From contig CAUJIH010000068.1 in assembly GCA_963205275.1 (NCBI GenBank), positions 3,466 to 67,465 on the forward strand: 64,000 bases of DNA, written 5' to 3'. A model generated the notes under the pieces. It had not been told where the DNA came from. It worked only from the letters and a program-made list of their open reading frames with translations, and ran no database searches. A program made the translations under genes and the position numbers. Of this stretch, positions 56,853 through 64,000 are shown piece after piece. The first letter of the stretch is position 1; each line of letters starts with the position of its first letter. Source of the DNA: Verrucomicrobiota bacterium (lineage in GTDB: Bacteria; Verrucomicrobiota; Verrucomicrobiia; Verrucomicrobiales; DEV007).

Positions 56853-57652
56853 GCACCCAGTTTTGCATCTTTCGCCTTTCGCTCCAGGGCCAGAAGCTGA
56901 TCTCGCGCCTGATAATAGCTTTGTCCTCGAGGCGTCAGCACTGGTTTTTCCTTCGTTCCCGGCCCTTTGGTGTGAATACGTCCCAGTCCCTTCTCGACGA
57001 TGCGACTCGCCAAATCCGATCCGTCGGACAGCTCGACGAAGGCGTAATAGCGGTCGCCTTCATAAACCGGCTCCCAGTATGTATAAACAGTGAAGGTTCC
57101 AGATTCGAGTAGCTCCTTCGTAAAGGCTTTCGCCTTCCGCCCCAGCTCGACCGTCTGCTCCAGCGTCAGATCGCCCAGATCGTGAGACTGATCCTCCACC
57201 CGCTCCCGTTGTTTCTCGTAGCGATCACTCAGATAGGACTCGGGTGTATCGACGAAGTAGAGACGCAGCTCGAAGTCACGACCTCCCGCCCGAACGTGAA
57301 AACTGTCCCCGTCATTTCCCTTGTTCTCGACGAGCTGCGCTCCCTGCATCTTGTCCCAGACCCCCAGCTTCGATGGAGACGCAGCTTCGTCAGCCTTGGG
57401 AACGACTTTCGGAATCGTCTTCGGTGCTGTCTTCGGTGCTGTCTTCGATTCAGATTTGACGAGGGGGCCGTCGATTCCCGGAATCGGCCCATCTTTTAGC
57501 TCCGCCTTGCCCGTGCGACTGGATTCCTTCGAGATCGACGGCGGGCTTTTTTGCTCTGATCCCGTCTGAGAAAGGTCATCCCGCTTCCAGTAAGCGACCC
57601 CCGCAGCTACGATCAGCACCAAAGCGCGAATAAGATAACGACGAAGATTCAT
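56840..57652 (-). CDS. secreted/anchored thermonuclease (SNase-like) family protein
   Basis: N-terminal hydrophobic anchor, a low-complexity linker (KTAPKTAPKTIPKVVPK), then DGDSFHVRAGGRDFELRLYFVDTPE...YYAFVEL...LVEKGLGRI (staphylococcal nuclease fold pattern). Confidence 0.65.
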   Translation of the reverse strand: MNLRRYLIRALVLIVAAGVAYWKRDDLSQTGSEQKSPPSISKESSRTGKAELKDGPIPGIDGPLVKSESKTAPKTAPKTIPKVVPKADEAASPSKLGVWDKMQGAQLVENKGNDGDSFHVRAGGRDFELRLYFVDTPESYLSDRYEKQRERVEDQSHDLGDLTLEQTVELGRKAKAFTKELLESGTFTVYTYWEPVYEGDRYYAFVELSDGSDLASRIVEKGLGRIHTKGPGTKEKPVLTPRGQSYYQARDQLLALERKAKDAKLGAWGL

Positions 57653-57703
57653 ATACGGTCAGACGGATTCAATCAGGGAGAGAAGCGAGTCTCTCACCCA
57701 CGA

Positions 57704-59497
57704 TCAACTCTTTTTCTCCGGCAGCTTCGACTGAATGTAAAGCTCACGAAGCTGGCGAAAATCGACTTCGCCGGGGCTGGCAGACATGAGATCGGCTCCC
57801 TTATTATTCTTGGGGAAGGCGATCACCTCACGAATGCTATCCTCCTTACAGGCTAGCATCACGATGCGGTCCAGCCCCAGAGCCACGCCTCCGTGTGGAG
57901 GTGCTCCGTAACGGAATGCGGTCAGAATGTGGCCGAACTTCTCCTGCTGATCTTCCTCTCCGATCCCTAGAATGCTGAACATGCGCGACTGCAAGTCACT
58001 CTCGTGGATTCGCAGACTACCCCCGCCCAATTCATAGCCATTCAACACCACATCATAAGCCACAGCCAACACCTCGCCCCACTTCGACGGATCGTCGAGC
58101 AGTGGCAAGTCTTCCGTGCGCGGCCTCGTGAATGGGTGGTGAACCGCATTCCACTTTTCCTCCTCGGTGTCATACGCAAGCAGCGGAAAGTCCACGACCC
58201 AGAGAAAATCCAGCTCATCTTCCTTCCCCTCATTCAACCCGCACATCGATGCTACCTCCAAGCGCAGGCGTCCGAGCACATCGCAACACACACCCCATTG
58301 ATCGCAGCCGAAGAGCACCAAATCACCTTCTTCGATGCCGAGTCTCTCGACGAGAATCGCCTTCTCCTCCTCGGAGAAGAATTTCACGATAGGCGACTTC
58401 CATTCGCCATTCTCCACCTTGATGTAAGCGAGCCCTCCAGCCCCGGCTTCGCGGGCAATTTCCTCTAGTCGCTTCACTTGTCCCGTGGTTACGGAAGCGA
58501 ATCCCTTCGCGTTGATCGCACGGACGACACCGCCTTTCTGGATCGTGCTGGCGAAGACCTTAAAAGCAGAGGTCGCAAATGCATCGCTCAACTCCACGAT
58601 TTCCGTGCCGAAACGGCGATCCGGCTTATCGCTACCAAAGCGGTCCATCGCCTCGCGATACGTCATCCGAGGGAAGGGACGCGAGACTTCCACATTTCTC
58701 GACACGCGAAAGGCAGCAGTGAGGATATCCTCGATCAACGTATAAATGTCTTCCTGGGTGATGAAGCTGGCCTCGATATCCACCTGAGTGAACTCTGGCT
58801 GACGATCCGCACGTAAGTCCTCGTCTCGGAAGCAGCGAGCGATCTGATAGTATTTTTCCAGACCGGCCACCATCATCATCTGCTTGTATTGCTGAGGAGC
58901 CTGGGGCAAAGCATAGAATTTGCCCGGACTGAGCCGCGAGGGCACCAAGAAATCGCGAGCGCCCTCCGGGGTGGACTTGGAGAGGATAGGCGTTTCCACC
59001 TCCACGAATCCATTGGCGTCGAGCCGATCCCGGATCGCCTTCGTGATGGTGTGCCGCTGGCGGAGATTGCGCGTCATGCGCGGGCGACGCAGATCGAGAT
59101 AGCGGTGCTTCATCCGCAGATCTTCGTTGCTCAGTTCCTTGTCCAGTTGGAAAGGCAGCACGTCGGCCTTGTTCAGAACCATCAGTTCCGTGACGACGAG
59201 TTCGATCTCGCCCGTGTCGATGGCCGAATTGAAGGTGCTCTTCCCATCGACATCGGGTCGAATTTCGACGTGACCAGTCACCTGGATCACGTCTTCCGTT
59301 CGCAGATGATGACTGGATTCAGAGGCAGTGGAGCTTTGCTCGGGGCGAAAAACGCACTGAGTGACGCCCTCGCGGTCGCGGATGTCGATGAAGATGACTC
59401 CATGGTGATCGCGCACGGTATTAACCCATCCCACCAGCATGGCCGTCTGACCGGCATGGGACTTTCGGAGTTCGTTGCAATGATGAGAGCGATACAT
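57704..59497 (-). CDS. aspS: aspartate--tRNA ligase
   Basis: 597 aa. N-terminal OB domain, class II motifs (FRDEDLRADRQPEFTQ, GGVALGLDR) and the bacterial insertion domain. Confidence 0.97.
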   Translation of the reverse strand: MYRSHHCNELRKSHAGQTAMLVGWVNTVRDHHGVIFIDIRDREGVTQCVFRPEQSSTASESSHHLRTEDVIQVTGHVEIRPDVDGKSTFNSAIDTGEIELVVTELMVLNKADVLPFQLDKELSNEDLRMKHRYLDLRRPRMTRNLRQRHTITKAIRDRLDANGFVEVETPILSKSTPEGARDFLVPSRLSPGKFYALPQAPQQYKQMMMVAGLEKYYQIARCFRDEDLRADRQPEFTQVDIEASFITQEDIYTLIEDILTAAFRVSRNVEVSRPFPRMTYREAMDRFGSDKPDRRFGTEIVELSDAFATSAFKVFASTIQKGGVVRAINAKGFASVTTGQVKRLEEIAREAGAGGLAYIKVENGEWKSPIVKFFSEEEKAILVERLGIEEGDLVLFGCDQWGVCCDVLGRLRLEVASMCGLNEGKEDELDFLWVVDFPLLAYDTEEEKWNAVHHPFTRPRTEDLPLLDDPSKWGEVLAVAYDVVLNGYELGGGSLRIHESDLQSRMFSILGIGEEDQQEKFGHILTAFRYGAPPHGGVALGLDRIVMLACKEDSIREVIAFPKNNKGADLMSASPGEVDFRQLRELYIQSKLPEKKS

Positions 59498-59624
59498 GAG
59501 CGATGGGTTTTCTTTTCCTAAAGCCGGGAACTCCGGCGGGGTTAGAAACTACTACCCATCCGCTCAGGCGCAAGAGATCGCAGAAGGCTTCGTGGAAAAA
59601 AGCTGTGGTTTTGACTCCCTCTTC

Positions 59625-59969
59625 TCAGCGACAGCCGATTTCTGAGGAATAAATCGGAGAACGGAATCCTCGACTGGTTTGAGGACGTGGGTTCGCTGGG
59701 TTCATCATTGCAGAATAGAAAAAGTCACGACGCCAAGGCCGCTGATAGGCGGGCTGACAGTGCATGTGAGGCTCGTTCACCCACTGCCAGGCGACGTGGC
59801 CACCTCGACATTCCACCGGAGCATAATAGGCGAGCAAATCGTGTCCACATTTCTGACAGACCCCACGGAAGCGAACTGTCTCGACCTCGCGTGGGCGTGC
59901 ATCAAGCGTCTGAAGGAAGAAAAAGCCAAAAAGGGCTAGAAGACTGAGAATCAGGGGATTTGATTTCAT
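59625..59969 (-). CDS. small secreted Cys-containing hypothetical protein
   Basis: Signal peptide MKSNPLILSLLALFGFFFLQTLDA. Contains CQKC and further Cys/His residues. No recognisable family. Confidence 0.35.
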   Translation of the reverse strand: MKSNPLILSLLALFGFFFLQTLDARPREVETVRFRGVCQKCGHDLLAYYAPVECRGGHVAWQWVNEPHMHCQPAYQRPWRRDFFYSAMMNPANPRPQTSRGFRSPIYSSEIGCR

Positions 59970-60183
59970 AGCTGATATTCGTGCGTTTAGGTTTCGTGCC
60001 TCTTAATAATCGAAGACATGAGAATCATAAATGACAATATTCCTAATTTCAATAGTTATTTTAAATATTATGGAATTTCTCTTTTTTGCGATTTTTTAAT
60101 CGATTCTGACTCGCTCTTTTCCACGAATTCGAGTAAGCTACAGGAAGGTCTCATCCAACTAAATTCTGCTATCTCTCTTCCCC

Positions 60184-60774
60184 ATGAAGACATTGATCAT
60201 TCTTCTCGTCCTCATCGCTGTCATCGCTTTGCCAATTCTCCTAGTGATCGGGTTGTATAACGGGCTCGTTCAGTTGCGGAATCGATATAAGAACGCTTTC
60301 GCTCAAATCGACGTGCAGCTCAAACGCCGTCACGATCTAATCCCAAATCTGGTGGAGACGGTGAAGGCTTACATGAAGCACGAGCGAGAAACTCTTGAAG
60401 CCGTGATCACTGCGCGAAATGCGGCGACTTCGGCACTGGCGCAGGCACAATCAGGCACCCCAGGTTCGATGACGCAACTCGCCAATGCAGAAAGTGGACT
60501 CAGCGGTGTTTTGGGACGCCTGTTCGCCCTATCGGAAAGCTACCCCGAATTGCGGAGCAATCAGAACATGCTGCAACTACAGGAAGAGCTGACTTCGACC
60601 GAATCAAAGGTTGCCTTCGCTCGGCAGGCCTATAATGATGCGGTGATGAATTTTAACAACAAGCTGGAAATGTTCCCATCCAACTTTATCGCAGGCATGT
60701 TCCGTTTCGTCCCGGCAACTTCTTTCGAAGTATCGACTGACGGAGAGCGCGACTCTGTATCAGTCTCGTTCTAA
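60184..60774 (+). CDS. lemA: LemA family protein
   Basis: N-terminal TM, then YNGLVQLRNRYKNAFAQIDVQLKRRHDLIPNLVETVK...YPELRSNQNMLQLQEEL...AFARQAYNDAV..FN. Confidence 0.9.
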   Translation: MKTLIILLVLIAVIALPILLVIGLYNGLVQLRNRYKNAFAQIDVQLKRRHDLIPNLVETVKAYMKHERETLEAVITARNAATSALAQAQSGTPGSMTQLANAESGLSGVLGRLFALSESYPELRSNQNMLQLQEELTSTESKVAFARQAYNDAVMNFNNKLEMFPSNFIAGMFRFVPATSFEVSTDGERDSVSVSF

Positions 60775-60825
60775 ACGGACAAGCTGTAAGGTCTCCGATT
60801 CTCCCGTCCCAGCCCCTTTGCGCTC

Positions 60826-62781
60826 ATGGATTTCTTCGAGCACCAAGAAGCTGCGAGGAAAAAGACACATCTCTTAGTGATTCTATTCCTGCTCGCCGTC
60901 GCAGGAATCATCGGTGCGATCTATACGCTCGTGGTTGGAGTTTTGCTTTTCGCAAATGAGAAACCGACGATCGAGTATTGGCAGCCCGTGGTTTTTCTGT
61001 ACACGGCACTCGTCGTCGGCGGCGTGATTTCTTTAGCCTCCGGATACAAGACGATGGAACTCTCCGAAGGCGGTGGCGTCGTCGCACGAGGACTCGGCGG
61101 GCGCCAACTGGATGCGAATGCGACGGATTATCACGAGCGTCGTCTCCTGAACGTGGTGGAGGAGATGGCGATCGCGGCGGGCATCCCTGTGCCTACAGTA
61201 TATGTGCTGGACCAGGAGGAAGGGATCAACGCCTTCGCGGCGGGGAAATCGACGAGTGATGCTGTGATCGGAGTGACGCGAGGATGCATGAGACAATTGA
61301 GTCGCGACGAACTCCAAGGCGTGATTGCCCACGAGTTTTCTCATATTCTGAATGGCGACATGCGACTCAACACCCGCCTGATGGGTCTGCTCTTCGGTAT
61401 TCTATTCGTCGCGCTGATCGGTAGATTCATTCTGCGCGGTCTGTTGAATGCAGATTCACGATCCAGTCGTCGCGACAACAACGGCCTCTCGGGAATTCTC
61501 GTAGCGATCGTCATCGCCGTTGGGCTGATGGTGATCGGATATATTGGAGTCTTTTTCGCGAATTTGATCAAAGCGTCGATCTCGCGACAGCGTGAATTCC
61601 TTGCTGATGCCTCGGCGGTGCAGTTCACTCGCAATCCAGAGGGGATCGGTGGGGCCTTGCTTAAGATTGGAGGTTTCGCCGCTGGGTCGGAACTCGTGAA
61701 CCCGATGGCGGCGGAGGCGAGCCACCTGTTTTTCGGCGCCGCACTCACTCAGTCGCTGTTCTCCACACACCCGCCCTTGGAGGAGCGCATTCGCCGCTTG
61801 CTCCCGTATTGGAACGGAGAGTTTTCTACAGTAATTACGCAGAAGAAAGTAAAGCCTGAAGAGTTAGCCTCCATCGGCGATGCCACACGGCAGACGATAG
61901 GATTCACCGAACGGTATCCCAGTAACTCAGGGACGAAGCTGAACGCAGGCGAAGCTCTTGAAAGCATGAGAACACTGCATCCGGAGCAGGTGGATATGAG
62001 TTCCAACCTGCTGGCCGAGCTACCAGAACACTGGATCGAGGCCTGTCGCTCGCCAGTCTCTGCCCAATGCCTGATTTATGCCCTACTGTTAGATGAAACA
62101 GCGTCGATAAGAGAATCCGAGATGCGCTCTCTGCGCACCACTCTCGGAGGAGAAGCAGCCCACTATGTGGACACTTTGGCGTCGGAGTTGACTGGCGTGC
62201 ACGCTATGGTGAAAATCGCTCTCGTGGATCTTGCAATCGCGAGCCTGAGAGTTCTCGGGAAAGAGGAGTATGAAAGGTTTCACAAGCTCATGTGGTCTCT
62301 TGTGTCAGGAGATGGTCAGATCAATCTCTTTGAATTCATGCTGCTACGTGTGGTCACCCGCCATCTCGACCTCTGGTTCCGCAAGACCGGACCAGAGCGA
62401 GTGCGGCATCGGCGGATAGATGATCTGACCGACGCGGTCGCAGTGATCCTGTCTTCACTTGCCGCCATGAGCCATTCGAAGGATGTAGAGCAAGTGCAGC
62501 GAGCGTTTTCTGATGCCGCAGCCCATCTGCGTCAGCTCTACCTGATCGAAATCCAGTGGAAGTCACCCGAAGAATGCCGCATCGATCAGATCGGTAAAGC
62601 GCTCGACAAGTTGGCTACGGCTTCTCCGACTCTGAAAAAGCACATTCTCGAGGCCTGCAGCCACAGCGTGATGGCGGATGAGGGAATCACCAGTCACGAA
62701 GCCGAACTGATCCGTGCGGTAGCCGACTCTATCGGATGCGCGATTCCGCCCTTTGTCCGCACGGCAAAGAGGATCGACTGA
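60826..62781 (+). CDS. M48-family zinc metallopeptidase (HtpX-like) with long C-terminal helical, TerB-like region
   Basis: HEFSHILNGD (HExxH) plus the downstream REFLADASAV Glu. Four TM helices. The C-terminal ...MADEGITSHEAELIRAVADSIGCAIPPF resembles TerB-type repeats. Confidence 0.85.
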   Translation: MDFFEHQEAARKKTHLLVILFLLAVAGIIGAIYTLVVGVLLFANEKPTIEYWQPVVFLYTALVVGGVISLASGYKTMELSEGGGVVARGLGGRQLDANATDYHERRLLNVVEEMAIAAGIPVPTVYVLDQEEGINAFAAGKSTSDAVIGVTRGCMRQLSRDELQGVIAHEFSHILNGDMRLNTRLMGLLFGILFVALIGRFILRGLLNADSRSSRRDNNGLSGILVAIVIAVGLMVIGYIGVFFANLIKASISRQREFLADASAVQFTRNPEGIGGALLKIGGFAAGSELVNPMAAEASHLFFGAALTQSLFSTHPPLEERIRRLLPYWNGEFSTVITQKKVKPEELASIGDATRQTIGFTERYPSNSGTKLNAGEALESMRTLHPEQVDMSSNLLAELPEHWIEACRSPVSAQCLIYALLLDETASIRESEMRSLRTTLGGEAAHYVDTLASELTGVHAMVKIALVDLAIASLRVLGKEEYERFHKLMWSLVSGDGQINLFEFMLLRVVTRHLDLWFRKTGPERVRHRRIDDLTDAVAVILSSLAAMSHSKDVEQVQRAFSDAAAHLRQLYLIEIQWKSPEECRIDQIGKALDKLATASPTLKKHILEACSHSVMADEGITSHEAELIRAVADSIGCAIPPFVRTAKRID

Positions 62782-62893
62782 TGACGAACATGGAATCGAC
62801 CTTACTTAAATATTTCAAGATTTTTGTTATTCACTATCATGGACGTAATTTCGGGATTTCCGTCAGCTCTCTCATGCGTTATGTTCTGTAGCC

Positions 62894-64000
62894 GTGACCT
62901 TTCGCCGTAAATTACACACTCTCCTCGTCCTTCTCGTCGCCACCAGTTGCGGATTGGTCGTCTTTCTCAGCCTGAGGAAGGCGAATCGGCTGGCGTTTGA
63001 ACTTGTTCAGGAGAAAGTACTAACGCTCGTGATCAGCGCGGCACCCCGAATTAGCGGCGATACGGTCGCACTGCTCAAGAGTCCGTCGGATGACGGGAAT
63101 GCTGTGTATGAGGAGGTCGCTGCCCCCCTGCGCGAAATTCTCGCCGCGAATCGACAAGGCGCTCTTCCGATCCGCTTTTTATACATTATGCGCCCCCTGG
63201 AGGGAGGTGGATGGGAATACGTGGTCGATGCAGAAACCGATGCGGCCAGCCGGTCCAAACTCGGAGATCGAGTCGAATTTTCCGAGGGTGATGAAATCCC
63301 CGTTTTAGGGGTCGCTCACGTCGATTCTCGTTATGCGATGGACTCCTTTGGTACCTGGCTCTCCGCTTTCGCCCCGATTCATAACCACCAAGGGGAACCG
63401 GTAGCCATGCTGGCCGCTGATATTTCTGCGAAGAGGATTCAGACCTTACTCCGTCGCCTGCTGACAGGCGAACTGCTCGCGATGGGATTCTCTCTGGCTG
63501 TCGCGGTAGCTCTGGCTGCTTGGCTCTCGAATCGTGTATCCCGTCCCCTGATTGCTCTACAGGAGTTCGTGCGCGGGATCGCACGAGGAAATTTCTCCAA
63601 GCGCCTCGATCTGAATCGTCGCGATGAATTCGGCGAACTTGCGCAAGCGATCAATCAGATGGCACAGGGACTGGAGGAGCGCGAGTCCCTGAAAGGAGCG
63701 TTAGTTCACTACATACGCTCTCAGAGCGCCGAACCCTCACTCGCCGAAGGCGTCGCTAGCGAAGAAACCTCACGGCGTGTCACAGTTTTGGTGGCGGAAC
63801 TGGTCGGATTTCGGCAGCTTTCGACCCGGATCGGGGCAGAACGAGTTTTCGCGCTGCTGAGCGAATTTTTCTCCACCATGATCGACATCGTACTGCGTAA
63901 CCGAGGCTCGTTGGAACAGTCGAATGACGAGCGCGTGATCGCCGTATTCGGAGCCATGCACGATGATCCACACCAGCAGCGGATGGCGATCCAAGCCGCC
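62894..64000 (+). CDS. membrane sensor: periplasmic sensor domain + HAMP + class III adenylate/guanylate cyclase domain (3'-truncated by window end)
   Basis: This frame is not in the ORF track because it has no stop in the window. It is open from the TAA at 62846-62848, with a GTG at 62894 (VTFRRKLHTLLVLLVATSCGLVVFL). A second TM and HAMP follow (RPLIALQEFVRGIARGNFSKRLD...DEFGELAQAINQM), then a cyclase beta1-like VTVLVAELVGF...RVIAVFGA. Confidence 0.8.
   Translation, partial: MTFRRKLHTLLVLLVATSCGLVVFLSLRKANRLAFELVQEKVLTLVISAAPRISGDTVALLKSPSDDGNAVYEEVAAPLREILAANRQGALPIRFLYIMRPLEGGGWEYVVDAETDAASRSKLGDRVEFSEGDEIPVLGVAHVDSRYAMDSFGTWLSAFAPIHNHQGEPVAMLAADISAKRIQTLLRRLLTGELLAMGFSLAVAVALAAWLSNRVSRPLIALQEFVRGIARGNFSKRLDLNRRDEFGELAQAINQMAQGLEERESLKGALVHYIRSQSAEPSLAEGVASEETSRRVTVLVAELVGFRQLSTRIGAERVFALLSEFFSTMIDIVLRNRGSLEQSNDERVIAVFGAMHDDPHQQRMAIQAA

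Noticed and set aside
63770-64000. Cyclase beta1 motif reads VLVAELVGF (Glu where class III cyclases normally have the first metal-binding Asp), suggesting an inactive cyclase.
   Set aside because: Glu can still coordinate metal. The second Asp region (NDERVIAVFGA) is present, and the catalytic domain is cut off by the window end, so no judgement is possible.

Overview
This 64-kb window looks like a chromosomal segment from a PVC-superphylum bacterium (Verrucomicrobiota- or Planctomycetota-like). That placement is an inference from a PVC-type CxxCH heme-binding dehydrogenase, a DUF1573 domain and an Alternative Complex III + aa3 oxidase arrangement. Most of it is housekeeping. (i) 11.8-34.4 kb is a co-directional respiratory supercluster of about 22 genes on the minus strand: actABCDEF, a Pro/Ala-repeat protein, a CcoN/CcoO-like pair, cytochrome c, aa3-type oxidase subunits I/III/IV/II, heme A/O synthases, SCO1, DUF420-DUF1573, rhodanese and a lipoprotein. 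(ii) Other recognisable genes are carB, serA, aspS, an RND efflux pair, a metal (Mn/Zn-type) ABC importer, LemA plus an M48 peptidase, and a 3'-truncated HAMP/class III nucleotide cyclase at the window end. The accessory part is 2.6-11.9 kb. It is an insertion-like segment bounded on the left by a 5'-truncated galM fragment and an AT-rich junction. It carries three co-oriented genes: a PLD(HKD)-nuclease/SNF2-helicase fusion (1145 aa), a 1234-aa Eco57I/MmeI/PglX-like N6-adenine methyltransferase, and a stand-alone Mrr_N-type winged-helix protein. No classical partner genes (HsdS/HsdR, BREX or DISARM cores) are present. I consider this the best candidate for an atypical or under-described ATP-dependent restriction/defence system. 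Secondary oddities: the CcoN-like subunit has lost 5 of the 6 canonical heme/CuB histidine ligands, oxidase subunit III carries a ~270-aa hydrophilic insertion, a coding tandem repeat of 75-87 bp lies inside the respiratory operon, and a perfect TGTGA-N6-TCACA palindrome sits in front of actA. All calls come from reading the supplied ORF translations and DNA by eye. No database search was run. ORF coordinates include the stop codon.
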